Positions 1 through 12,449 of a DNA stretch of 64,000 nucleotides are shown piece by piece. The number at the start of each line of letters is the position of its first letter. Position 1 is the stretch's first letter. The notes beneath the pieces are model-generated. The model ran no database searches. It had not been told where the DNA came from and was given only the letters and a program-made list of their open reading frames with translations. The translations under genes were made by a program, and so were the position numbers. Source of the DNA: Phaeosaccion multiseriatum (Eukaryota > Protista > Ochrophyta, other classes); the NCBI GenBank assembly GCA_965112735.1, contig OZ218951.1, positions 5,518,001 through 5,582,000 of the forward strand, given 5' to 3'.

Positions 1-665
1 TGTACGAAAGCTCCCATTACGAACCGTGTCCTCCTCCTCCTGCTCTATTAAGTCAACCCGTCCTCTCCTCCAAGCCATAGAATGCCGTCTAACACTCTCT
101 CTATAGTGAGCGCACAGCCGATGAACAACATTCAATACAACCGACACTCACACAACAGGGGCCATCCCCTCCCCTCCTCACCCATCATCACACACATGTA
201 TTGTTTGCACCCGCTGTCCGACAGCCGCAGTGCTGTTTGGCCCGAGACCCCGCCTCCCCTCCCCCTCGTCCCAGACATTGGTCCCTCGGTCCCTCGGCCG
301 CCGTCGTCCGTCCCTCTCGTGGTGCTGCCTCCGCTGTACATGCACCTCGACCCCCCCCAGTGCTGCCCTCTACACTTTTGCATGCTATGAACAGCCCCAG
401 AGCAGGGAGGGAAGGAGGATCGGTGGATGGGTCACCAACCCCACCAACTCTCTCAGGGCTCCACCACCTCCCTCGCACCTCAACCCTCACTCGGTCGCTC
501 CCGCGCTCCGTGTAAGAAAAAGTACGGTGCCTTGGCCTTCACTTGCTCCTTCTTTCTAATGTCGGTTACACCTGCTCAGGGCGAGCTTGGCGTTGGTCAC
601 ACCTGCTGCTCTTCTTCCTCCCCGACCTCACTCGGCGTCCGCCTCAACGCCCGCAGCCCCACAGC

Positions 666-1988
666 TCAGGCCTGCCCCATGACGCGGGCCTCCTTCTGCC
701 TCAGGTCCTTGTCCTTGTCATCTGCTGCCATCGCAGACGAGGAGTCAGAGTCGCTCTCTATTTCGCCGTGCCCCCCCGTAGAGGAGAGGGGCGGCTCCTC
801 CGTAGCAACAGGAGCGGTAGTTGCAGAAGAAGGGAGCCCCGCTTCTATCCGTGGACGTTTCCTGCAGCCTGTCATGTTCGGCGAGATTTTGGGTCCTGCC
901 ACAAAAGCAGGAGTAGGAGTAGGAGTAGGAGTAGGAGCAGCAGCGGCAGCGGTAGAGGCGTGGCACGCAGCAGGGGCAGGGACTACAGCAGGAGCAACAG
1001 CAGCGGCGGCAGCGGCGTCGCGTGCGTCAGGGACAGCAGCTGCGGCTACCGGGAGTCGTGCGAGGCTGCTGCTGCTGCCGTGCCCGTTGGTCAGCCCGTT
1101 GGTCAGCCCGTTGGTCAGCCCGTTGGTCAGCCCGTTGGTAAGCCCATTGGTAAGCCCATTGGTAAGCCCGTTGGTCATACCCGGCCCCACCCCCCGCTTC
1201 ACCTCTGCCCACTCAGGGGAAGACACAGCTATCCGCCTGGGGGACAGAGGCAAAGACGAAGTCGGAGGCTTGGGCAGGGCCGGTGGCGCCGGGGTCAAGG
1301 GGGCGGGGCAGGGGAGGGGGTGGGTGCCCACTGCGGCCCCTCCGCCTCCTACGCCTCCCGCCAGGGGCTTGGCTTGCCTCTGACCCTGACCAATGCCCGT
1401 GCCCACACTGAGCGGCGGATTCTTCTTGGCAGGCACAGCAGCAAGCCTACTCGCAGAAGAAATAGAGGGAGAAGCCGGTCGGGAATTGCTCAGAAGAGGG
1501 GGCACACGCAGCAGGGACGGCAGCGGCAGCCCGCCGGGGCGCAAACTCGATGGCACTGCAGAAGGTATCGACGCGCTCATCACGTTGCACCTGGGCACGC
1601 TCGTTTCATGCTCCACACATAGCTCTCCAATCAGTGGGCGCTTGTCGCACCCTTCCACGATGCAGGCCGCCCAGGTGCCCTCGTGTTCATGCCTGAGGCA
1701 CAGCCCCCCTTGTCGGGCATCCCGCTTGCACTCCTCCACACTGCACCGCTTCCTCGCGCCTCCGTGGAGCAAGCACCGGCCCATATGCACCGCTCGCTTC
1801 TCGCAGCCCTCTGCGCTGCATGGGTACTTCTTTACCACCGCCCCATGCTTGATGCACAACCCCCCTTGCTGGACCTGCTTGTCGCACCCCTCCGCCTGGC
1901 ATCGCCTCCGTTGGCCCCCGTGCCTCATGCATGCTCCACCCTTCTTGGCGTACTTCTCACACCCCGGGTGCTTGCAGGTGCTGGGCAT
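666..1988 (-). CDS. WRKY19-like (C-x4-C...GG-x-C-x2-H) zinc-finger repeat protein, single exon
   Basis: The first in-frame ATG is at 1988 (the track start at 2048 is TTG). There are five repeats such as CKHPGCEKYAKKGGACMRHGG, CQAEGCDKQVQQGGLCIKHG and CSAEGCEKRAVHMGRCLLHGG, followed by a low-complexity tail with an NLS-like RKRPR. TGA is at 666-668. Confidence 0.8.
   Translation of the reverse strand: MPSTCKHPGCEKYAKKGGACMRHGGQRRRCQAEGCDKQVQQGGLCIKHGAVVKKYPCSAEGCEKRAVHMGRCLLHGGARKRCSVEECKRDARQGGLCLRHEHEGTWAACIVEGCDKRPLIGELCVEHETSVPRCNVMSASIPSAVPSSLRPGGLPLPSLLRVPPLLSNSRPASPSISSASRLAAVPAKKNPPLSVGTGIGQGQRQAKPLAGGVGGGGAAVGTHPLPCPAPLTPAPPALPKPPTSSLPLSPRRIAVSSPEWAEVKRGVGPGMTNGLTNGLTNGLTNGLTNGLTNGLTNGLTNGHGSSSSLARLPVAAAAVPDARDAAAAAAVAPAVVPAPAACHASTAAAAAPTPTPTPTPAFVAGPKISPNMTGCRKRPRIEAGLPSSATTAPVATEEPPLSSTGGHGEIESDSDSSSAMAADDKDKDLRQKEARVMGQA
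1083..1176 (-). repeat. Coding 12-bp tandem repeat encoding (TNGL)x8
   Basis: Units gcccgttggtca / gcccattggtaa lie in frame within the zinc-finger ORF. Confidence 0.9.
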
Positions 1989-2523
1989 CTCTGCTCCACC
2001 TTCCAAAGAGCTTGCTGATATGAGAGTATTGCCTTCCCCAAAGCCCAAGCGCTGTGTGTGAACCCTCTCCTCCCTCTTTTCTCCTCCAGGCTGCTGCTTC
2101 CACGACTGCGGGTGCTGGTGCTACTTCTGAGGCTTAGAAGACAGGCCAGGCAGTGATAGCATTGGGATTAGAGCAGATCACAGCAGGAGTGGGGAGGAGC
2201 GGTGGGCGGAAGGGAAAGGAGGTGCCCTTTTTGTTAAGGGTGGAAGCTCAGAAAAGGGAATGCTGCAAAAGGTTGGAGCGACATCCCCAACCCCGCTGTC
2301 CCACTGCTGCCGGTCTCACCTGTCTTTGTCCTTCGATGGTGCGATGTCCGCTTAAACCCTCTCTCCTCTCTTCATAACTTTGTGCCACAGCGCTCTCTCT
2401 CTTGAGAAGGGGAGAGGATCGGGAGAGGGTTCAGGCCCACCCGGGGGGTGCCTTCGGCCTAATAGTAATATCGATGTCTCTATTTTCAGGCTCGCGGTGG
2501 CGCATAAATCAAAATAGCTGGTA

Positions 2524-2772
2524 TCGGCCCTGGAAGAGGTTATCAGATTACTGATTACGGCCGGCGCAGCCGGCCTGATTACTGATTACTGCCGGCGCCA
2601 GCCGGCCTGATTACTGATCAAGGCGCCAGCCGGGTCTGATTACTGATTATGACCGGCGCCAGCCGGCCTGATTACTGATCATGACGGGCGCTAGCCGGCC
2701 TGATTACTGATTATTGGCGCCAGCCGGCCTGATTACTGATTATGACCGGCGCACACTGTCTTCCCGGGCCGA
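2524..2772. mobile_element. Putative MITE / non-autonomous TIR element (249 bp) with 6-bp TSD
   Basis: Left end TCGGCCCTGGAAGA (2524-2537) and right end TCTTCCCGGGCCGA (2759-2772) form an inverted repeat matching 13/14. CTGGTA flanks both sides (2518-2523 and 2773-2778). Confidence 0.65.
2546..2752. repeat. Degenerate ~30-bp tandem array (about 7 units) with internal GCCGGC palindromes
   Basis: Consensus GATTACTGAT-N2-7-GGCGCCAGCCGGCCT. Confidence 0.9.
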
Positions 2773-3267
2773 CTGGTAGCCCCTTTCGGGCCACCATTGA
2801 TTGGGGATCTAAATGAAACTGAAACCGAAACAACTGGGCGCCCACAGGCTTTGTGGCACGGTGAGCGTCCGCCCCCCGACAGGAGACAGGAGGCTTCGTA
2901 GGGAGGAAGCTTCTCACTCCATCATCCCACACCTCCGACAAACACACGACCACACAACCAACCTTGAGTCAGGGAGGGCCCCAGGAAAGGGAAGAGAGGG
3001 ATGGAAAGAGAGATCTCCATCCCTACCCTTCAGACGTGTTCATACGTATTCATACGTCATTCATATGTGAGGACGTGCAGGACAGCTCATCCCCTGAGTA
3101 TTCACTCAAACGCATACTCTCAAGCACGACACGGAAGCTTGGCTGCGGAAGCTTGGCTGGTGTGAGGTCAGAAAGATCCTCTATTTCTCGCTTCTGATTC
3201 TATCCTACTCCAAAGGAGCAGCAGAAGCAGCAGCAGCAGCAGCAGCAGCAGCGGCGACACCCTGAGC

Positions 3268-4833
3268 TTAGGGTGAAGCAGCAGCAGCAGCCAGGAGGGC
3301 CGCCGCTTCCGTCTCTCTCTGATAGCGGGCCTTGTCCTCAAGAGCAAGGGCATCGTACCGGGCAGACTCCTCTGGGGACATTGCTCTGTAGGGACAGTGC
3401 CGGTCGACAAGAGAGAGAGAGAGAGGGGGGGGGGGGAGCGGGAGGGGAGCGGGAGGGGAGCGGGAGGGAGTGGAAGGGAGTGGAAGGATGGGGGGTAGAG
3501 GGGCAAGAGGAGGGGCAGGGGCAGGCATATCGGCAGGGGCAGGCATATGGGCAGGGGCCATGACAAGCGTCAGAGGTTGTTGTCACAAGCGGGATGGAAG
3601 GAAGAGGGGAACAGAGGGGAGGGAGAGAGATGGGAAGAGGAAGATGGGGAAGGGAGAAATAGAGAGACAGGAAGGAAGGAAGGAAGGAAGGAAGGAAGGG
3701 AGGGAGGGAGGGAGGGAGGGGGACGGAGAAACAGAGAGGAGGAGATAGGGAGGGAGGGTAAGAGAGACAGAGGAAGAGGGAGGGAACAGAGGGAGAGAGA
3801 GAGAGCGCGAGGGGCCGAGGGAGAGGAACAGCGAGATAGTAGAGGGAGGGAGCAAGGGGGGCAGAGTAGAGAGAGAGCGTGGGGGAGAGCGAGAGAAGAG
3901 AGGGGGGGAGGGAGAGTACAGAGAGAGGGAGCGAGCGAGAGAAGAGAGGGGAGACGAGCGACGGATCGTCGAGACTGAAACACAACATCCTCACTCCCTC
4001 ACTCACTCACTCACTCCCTCACTCACTCACTCACTCACTCACTCACTCACCCACTCACTCACCCACTCACTCACTCACTCCCTCACTCACTCCCTCACTC
4101 ACTCACTCACTCACTCACTCACCCACTCACTCACTCACCCACTCACTCACTCACCCACTCACTCACTCACTCACTCACTCACCCACTCACTCACTCACTC
4201 ACTCTCTCACTCACTCACTCACTCACTCACTCACTCCCTCACTCACCCACTCACTCACTCACTCCCTCACTCACTCCCTCACTCACTCACTCACTCACTC
4301 ACTCCCTCACTCACTCACTCCCTCACTCCCTCACTCACTCACTCACTCACTCACTCACTCCCTCACTCACTCACTCACTCCCTCACTCACTCACTCACTC
4401 ACTCACTCACTCACTCCCTCACTCACTCACTCCCTCACTCACTCACTCACTCACTCACTCACTCACTCACTCACTCCCTCACTCACTCACTCACTCACTC
4501 ACTCCCTCACTCACTCACTCACTCACTCACTCACTCCCTCACTCACTCACTCACTCCCTCACTCACTCACTCACTCACTCACTCCCTCACTCACTCACTC
4601 ACTCACTCACTCACTTGTACAGTGCGGAGAGGTCCTTAAAAGTAATGGATCCGCCGCCCTCCGCGCTGTCTTTCCGCTTGTCGCTGCAGAACAGGATGAA
4701 GCGGTTGCGCGGCTTGAGCGGCCCCCCAGCCGTAGCACCAACAGCTGCCCCTGCGCTGCCCTTCCGCTTCTTCCTGCTGCTACTACTACCACTATTACTA
4801 CTACTTCTACTACTACTCCTACTTCTACTACTC

Positions 4834-4874
<41 letters not shown>

Positions 4875-6147
4875 GCCCTCCTCCAGCTTCGCTTTGTACT
4901 CTGCCTTAAGCCTGTCTGCATCGTCTTCGAAGGGCCTCTTTTCCTCCTCACTCGCCTCCTTCCACATCTGCGCCACCACAGCCATCGCCCCCGGCCCCTT
5001 CTTTGCCTCAGTCGCTGCCGCCCTACTCTGTGCCTCTGCGAAGTTGGCCTTGACGAAGAGAATGTAGGCGCTAGGGGGCCGCTTGACCCCCTCCCTATCA
5101 TCACCCTCCTTGCCCTTGGCCTTGGCCTTGGCCTTGCCCTTGCCCTTGGCCTTGGTGGTCGTTGCCTTTCCCTTCTTCTTCTTCTTCTTTGCAGAAGGGT
5201 CCTTCGCAGCCGCTTCGTTAATCGCCTCTATGGGTGTGTGTGTGCGTGTTATGTGTGTGTGTGAGTGTGCGTGAGAGAGAGTGAGTGTGTGTGGGTGGGT
5301 GTGTTGGAGAGGAGGTGGGGATGATGTGTCAGTGTCTCCCTTCCTCCCGCCCCCCGTCCTTCCATCCCTCCCTCCTCCCTCCTCCCTTCCTCCTCCCCTC
5401 CCTCCCTCCCTCCCTCCCTCCCTCCCTCCCTCCTCCCTAAGTACCCACCTATTGCCTCCTCCAAGGAGCACGCCCCGGGGTCGTCCTTATACTGCTTGGG
5501 TAGCTTGCCCTTTAGAGACCCACACTTGATAAAGAATCCCCACCTGCCCTTTGTGGCCCACACTGCCTCCCCCTCGTACTCCCCCAAATGGTGCCCGAGC
5601 TTCTCTCGGATCGCGTCGGCGTACTCGATGGCAGTGGATGGCGTCATGGTGTACACGTCGTCCGGCTCCTTGATGCTCTTGAAGGCACCCAAGTACCTCA
5701 CAAATGGCCCGAATCGGCCCTGACCTGTTGGTTGTATACACACACGTTGCGTTGTTGCGAGTGTTAGTCATGCATGGACAAGAGAAGAGGGAGGGAGGGG
5801 AGGGGGGGGGAGGGGAGGGAGGCGGAGGCTTTCGGCTTCCGCGTACTGCACAGATGGACACACGCACACACACACGCACCCATTGACCTACCTACCACCA
5901 CTTCCTACCCCCCACCCGCACGCACATAGACTACCATCCCCTCACCCATTGACATACCTAGCACCACCTCCTCCCCTGTGTCGGGATGCAAGGCCACGAC
6001 CTTGGGGAACGCTAGCAAGTCCAGCGCCTGAGAGAGAGAGCGTTAAGACAGACAGAGAGAGAGAGCGTTAAGACAGACAGAGAGAGGGCGTTAAGACAGA
6101 CAGAGAGAGAGAGAGCGTTAAGACAGACAGAGAGAGAGAGAGCGTTA

Positions 6148-6187
<40 letters not shown>

Positions 6188-6339
6188 AGAGAGAGAGAGA
6201 GAGAGAGCGTTAAGACAGACAGAGAGAGAGAGAGAGAGAGAGAGAGCAAATGGGAGAGAGAGAGAGAGAGAGAGAGCAAGTGGGAGAGAGAGAGAGAGAG
6301 CAAGTGGGAGAGAGAGAGAGAGAGAGAGAGAGAGCAAGT

Positions 6340-6375
<36 letters not shown>

Positions 6376-6420
6376 AAGTGGGAGGGGGGCAGGGGTGTGT
6401 GTGTGTGAGAGAGAGCAAGT

Positions 6421-6460
<40 letters not shown>

Positions 6461-6802
6461 GCAAGTGGGAGCGGGGCAGGGGTGTGTGTGTGTGTGAGAG
6501 AGAGAGAGAGGGAGAGGAAGAGAGAGAAAGGGAGAGAGGGGAGGGGTGAGAGAGGGGGAAAGACAAAGACAGAGAGAGAGAGAAAGGGAGAGAGGGGAGG
6601 ATGTGAGATTATATATGAGGGATAGACGGTGAGAGGGAGGGAGTGGGATGAGAGAGAAAGAGAGAGAAAAGAGGGAAACGCGCTCACGTACACACACATG
6701 CATACACAGAGAGCGTTAAGACAGACAGACAGACAACAGACAGACACACAGATAGATAGACAGACACACATGCATACACAGAGAGCGTTAAGACAGACAG
6801 AA

Positions 6803-6845
<43 letters not shown>

Positions 6846-6896
6846 TAGAAAGACAGACAGACAGACAGACAGACAGAGGCAGACAGACAGACAGAA

Positions 6897-6956
<60 letters not shown>

Positions 6957-8797
6957 CTACATACAGACAGACAGACAGATAGACCTACACACAGACAGAC
7001 CTACATACAGACAGACAGACGGACAGACCTACACACAGAGAGTGAGCGCGAGAGCATTAGCAAGAACAGCACACCGCCTGGCCGCACTCCATCAGCTCAG
7101 CTCAGCTCAGCAGCCCAGCAGCCCAGCAGCCCACCCCTTGTGCAAGTCCCCTCAACTTGCCTGTTGTAACGGCATTTGCTCCGCCGCATCTCTGTCCGCA
7201 GGCGGCACGCTCGCCCTCCTCTCGCCGGCCTCCACATACGGCCCGAACCGCCCGAGCTTGAAGGTGACGGTTTCGCCCGTCTCCGGACAAACCCCCAGCT
7301 TGGTGCCTCCTGTGCGGGCCATCTTGACGAGTGTGTCCACCAAGCCAGTTGTGAGTTGGTCGATGTCCAACTGTACCTCCATCGGCACCTTACCCCTCAG
7401 CACCAGCGCCTCTTCCTCTCCTCCGCCTCCGCCTCCGCCTCCTCCTCCTCCTCCCTCCTCCCCTCCTTCCCCTGCCTCCTCCTCCTTCTTCTTGCCCTTC
7501 TTCTTCGTTGCCTTCTTGTTCTTACTCTTGCTCGTCTCTTTGCTCTCTCTCCCCCCTCTCTCCAAGATGAGGTCTCCCCCGCCATCCACGACCTGCACGT
7601 AGGCTCCATAGTGCCCGACATACACACCCGTGCCCTCAGGGAGGGAGGCGAGAGTGGGCAGCACGAGTCTCCTCGTCGCCTCCGCGTCCATCGTCTGTGG
7701 CAGATGGAAGATGGCAGTGGATGGGAGTGGATGGATGGCAGAGGACGGCAGTGGATGGCAGTGGATGGGGAGGATGGCAGCGCACGGAGGATAGACGCAG
7801 CGGCGGGGAGTGAGGGAGAGCGGGAAGCACAGCTGAGCAGAGTTGAAGAGACATGGAAGGCAGTTACAGAAGACTCAATCCCCCCTCAGCCTCACAACCA
7901 AAAGCCAAAGCCTACTTAAGCTCCCCTGGTACTCTCTACTCACTCACTCACTCACTCACTCACTCACTCGCTCAATCACTTACTTACTTACTCACTCACT
8001 CTCTCACCCACTCAATCAATCACTCACTCCGTCCCTCCCTCCCTCCCTCCCTCCCTCCCTCCCTCCCTCCCTCCCTCCCTCACCAACTCCCTCACTAACT
8101 CCCTCACTGACCTTCTCTGTCCTGTCCACCCTCTCCCTGAGCCCCTCCTCTCCCAAGTAGTACCCCTCCAGATACGCCCCTCTGTCCGCCTCCCCTCTAG
8201 CGATGCTATCCAGAGAGCTCTCCATCTTGGCGGTGAAGCCCACGTCCGTGTAGTCCGGGAAGTGCTGCCATCCATCCATTGCCATCCATCCATCCATCCA
8301 TCCATCCATCCATCCATTGTCATACATCCAATCGAGAGAGGGGCCCGGGGGAGGGAGAGTGGGGTTGAGTTTGAGTGACAGTCAGGAGAGATAAAAAATG
8401 AACAAGTTTCAGTTTCAGTTCGTTAGCCCCTGCCCATCGCGGTGATGGTCGCTCCTGAGCTGAGCACGCCCCTCACTTCTCCTGACAGACCAACTCAAAC
8501 TGAATAAATGTCACAGAAAGAAACCGTTCCCTTCCCACCGCCCCCGGGCCCAAGACACACACACACACACAATTACGTAAGTCTTAGGGTTGATTCTCAT
8601 AAGTCAATACTATCCTACTTCTCACCCACCTCGTCAAGCATACGGGTAACGACGAAGGCAGCGAGGCTTGGCCCGAGAGAGCCCCCCTTCAGCACCACAT
8701 ACTGTCGGGCTTTGAGCGTTTCGCAAGTGGAGGCGTATGTCGAGGGCCGACCGATGCCACGCGCGTCTAGCTCCTGATAAGGTGAGATGGTGGAGGA

Positions 8798-8831
<34 letters not shown>

Positions 8832-8878
8832 GAGGGGGAGGAGGAGGAGGAGGAGGAAAAGGAGAAGGAGGAGGAGGA

Positions 8879-8909
<31 letters not shown>

Positions 8910-9489
8910 GAGCAGGAGGAGGAGGAGGAGGAGGAGGAGGAGGAGCAGGAGGAGGAGGAGGAGGAGGAGGAGGAGCAGGAGGAGGAGGGGAGGGAGGAGG
9001 AGGAGGAGAGGAGACACGCAAAGCAAAACGTAAAAAAGCATCAGTGCATGCATTCAGCACAGATACACCCACCCGCACATGCACACATACACGCAAGCTC
9101 TCCCTCTCTCTTGCGGGACGGGGTGGGGTGCTAGCAGGCGGAAGGCAGAGATGGATGCCCTCCAGAGGGAGCAAACTGCACCCCAAGTCCATCCATTGCC
9201 ATCCCTTCTCTCATCCCTAATCCCCTATCAACTGCAGGTCCGTGCTTCTTCTTTTCCCATGTGGTCCTCTCTCCAAGTAACAGTAAGTCAACAACCAACA
9301 CCTGACACACTTGACCCACAAGCGGGGCCCACTGAACAACCAACTCGGCCCCTGACCTTGATGAAGGAGGCCTCAGTGTACCTCCCGGGGGGGCGCGTGG
9401 TGTGTCCCACCGGGGCCACCCCGTCTGCCGTGAGCACGTCCCCCACATTGAGGGTGGGCAGGCGCAGCTTGGCCTTCGGAGGCTTCTTT

Positions 9490-9538
<49 letters not shown>

Positions 9539-9685
9539 GGTCGCTGTCAGATGAAGGTTCGGACTGTGGTGGGGTGGGTGCAAGGGAGGAGGGGAGAGAG
9601 AGAGAGAGAGAGAAGGGGGAGGAGGGAGAGAGGGAAAAAGAGAATGAGAGAAAGAGACAGAGAGCGAGAGAGAGCGAGAGAGAGC

Positions 9686-9716
<31 letters not shown>

Positions 9717-12393
9717 CGAGAGAGAGCGAGAGCAGCAGCAGGAGCAGCGATACCCATCCACCCACCCTAGCACCACGCACGCACACGCACGCACACGCAC
9801 GCACACGCACGCACACGCACCCACGCACCTCGATATCATAGGCGCTGAGGAAGCCCGGGAAGGCGACCACCGACCCCGTGGCCCTGAATTTGGCGACTCC
9901 TCCTTCTTCGAGGCCCACATCAAGCACCACTGGGTGTCAATGGGTGTCAATGGGTGTCAATGTGTGATGAGTGTGTGCAAGAGGGGAGGGAGGGGGCGTG
10001 AGTTGAGCATGTCAGAGACGTGTCAGACAGGAGGGGGGTGTGGTGTCAGGTGCCTGGTGTCAGAGGCATGGTCCTCTACCTGGTGTTCGACACTGCCACA
10101 GAGAGTGTGTGCGTCTGTGTGTGCGTGTGTGCGGGTGTGTGTGTGCCTGTGTGTATGTCCGTGTGCGTTTGTGCGTGTGTGTGTGCGTTTGTGTGTATAT
10201 GTACACTGTACCCACCTGTGGTGAGGTCTATTTTAGCGTTGGCCATGACGCTGGCCAGACTCCTCTCAAAGATGAGCGTGTAGAGCTTGAGCGCCTTGTC
10301 CTCCAGCCCTGTCGACAGGGGGTGCAGCCACGCAGTAGCAGAGCCAACATCGCTATTGAGGGCGGGCCGGATGGCCTCGTGGGCCTCCTGAGCAGACTCG
10401 GACGCCTTATTCGTCTTGTGTGTGTGTGTGTGTGTTGCAGTGAGTTTTGAGAAGGGCAAGACGAGAGCGAGAGAGAGGGGAAGGGAGGGAGGTAAAAAAG
10501 AGGGAAACCGGAGCCCAAACTGAAACTGAACAGCCGCACATAACATGACTTTCAACAGGAGGACCCCTTCAGGTGAGCAGCCCCCATCCACTGCCATCCC
10601 CCCCTCCCCCCCCCCCCCATCCACTGCCATCCCTCTTCCCTCCCCCTCCCCCCCCCTCCATCCACTGCCATCCCCCTTCCCTCCCCACCCCCCCCATCCA
10701 CTGCCATCCCCGTTCCCTACTTACCGCGGTGGCGTTATCATTATCTGGCTTGAGGAACTCATCCCCATACTTGTCCCTCACGAGGGCCCTTGCCTGCAGC
10801 GTTGCCTCCTTGGACAGATTGGGGTTGTCGGTGCGCATGTAGGTTATCAGGCCGTCCTCGTATCTGTCATTTGTGATGATCATGTGGACGAGGATGAGGT
10901 CAAGCATGAGAGGGAAGAGGGAAGAGGAGGGAGGGTAGGTGAGTAAGCGAGTGAGTGAGTGAGTGAGTGGGTGAGTGAGTGAGTGAGTAAGTGAGTGTGA
11001 GAACGGACGGAGGGAGGGAGGGAGTGAGTGCGCGAATGAGTGAGAGGGAGTGGGAATGGGAGGGCATCAAGCAAGTGAGAGGGAGGAGAGAGGAGTGATG
11101 AGAGTGAGGAGAAAGGAGCGTGAGTGAGTGTGTGAGCAACCGAACAAGAAAGCTCAGAGGAGTGGGTAGGCTAGCAATGGAGAGGAGGAGAGGAGGGGAG
11201 AGGAGAGGAGTTGCCAGTAGGGAAGAGAGGCTCAAATCCACCCCTTACAGTACACCCCCCCACTTACACCCAATGCACCACGCTCATGGTTTCTCTTCTT
11301 CCCTCTTTCTTCTCTCTCTCCCCCTCTCCCTCCCTCCATCCATCCATCCATCCATCCCTCCTCCCTTCCTTCTCTTCTCCCCTCCTTCCCTTTCTCCCCC
11401 CCTCCGTCCCTCCCTCCCTCCTCCCCTCCCTCCCTCCCTCCCTCCTCCCCTCCCTCCCTCCCTCCTCCCCTCCCTCCCTCCCTCCCTCCCTCCCTCCCTC
11501 CCTCCCTCCCTCCCTCCCCCCCTCCCTCCCTTCCTCCCTCCATCCCTCCATCCCTCCCTCCTCCCCTCCCTCCCTCCCTCCCCTCCCTCCCTCCCTCCCT
11601 CCCTCTCTCCCTCCCTCCCTCCCTCCTCCCCTCCCTCCCTCCCTCCCTCCCCCCCTACCTCCCTTCCTCCCTCCCTCCATCCCTCCCTCCTCCCCTCCCT
11701 CCCTCCCTCCCTCCCTCCCTCCCTCCCTCCCTCCCTCCCTCCCTCCCTCCCTTCCTCCCTCCCTCCCTCCCTCCCTCCCCCCACAGCCCTACTTACAGCC
11801 TCTGTGCCACGCTCATGGTCTCCCTCGGGCTCATGTGCAACTTCCGGCTGCTGTCCTGCTGCAGCGTCGAAGTGATGAAGGGGGTAGGGGGCTTGCGTGA
11901 CTGCCGCTTCTTGTCCAGAGAGCTCACTATCCACTCCTTCCCCTCCATGCTCTCCACAAGCCGCTCGGCAGCTTCTTCGTCCAGGCACACCTTGGGCAGC
12001 TTGGCATTGGTCTGGGGGGCAGGGCAGAGGGGGGGATGAATTGAGAGGCGGAGGAGGAGGAGGAGGAGGAAGAGAGGTAGGAGCAGCAGCAGCAGCAGCA
12101 GCAGGAGAAGGAGGAGTTGAGGAGGAGGAGGAGGAGGAGGAGGAGGAGAAGGGGGAGGAGAAGGAGGAGGGGAAGGAGGAGACGGAGCAACAGTAGCAGC
12201 AGCAGCAGCAGGAGGAGGCCGAGGAAGAGGAGGAGGAGGAGGCGGGACGGACTCCAAGCTTGTGCACCTTCTGTATAAGTTTCCCGTCGGGGCCGAAGTC
12301 CGCAGAGCTCGCCACGGACTGACCGTTCACCTCGAACAGAGCCACAGGGAAGGGCTGCAGCGGGGAGGAAGGGCTGTGGTGTCCAACGAGAAG

Positions 12394-12449
<56 letters not shown>

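Noticed and set aside
2546-2752. CRISPR-like array with palindromic repeats
   Set aside because: The variable parts are only 2-7 nt and related to each other, there are no cas genes, and the context is eukaryotic. It is better explained as the interior of a TIR element.
3879-5264. 461-aa (THSL)n ORF
   Set aside because: It is the translation of a (TCAC)n intronic microsatellite plus the antisense of the HMG exon.
4611-5471. Stand-alone HMG-box gene
   Set aside because: It has no ATG of its own (the track start is alternative and lies in the topA exon), and it splices in phase to topA.
8634-9192. Poly-L, poly-E, poly-P and poly-R ORFs (also at 11120-11900, 25203-25717, 29337-29785, 56337-56912)
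   Set aside because: These are stop-free (GAG)n/(CCT)n/(CCCT)n repeats in introns or intergenic DNA.
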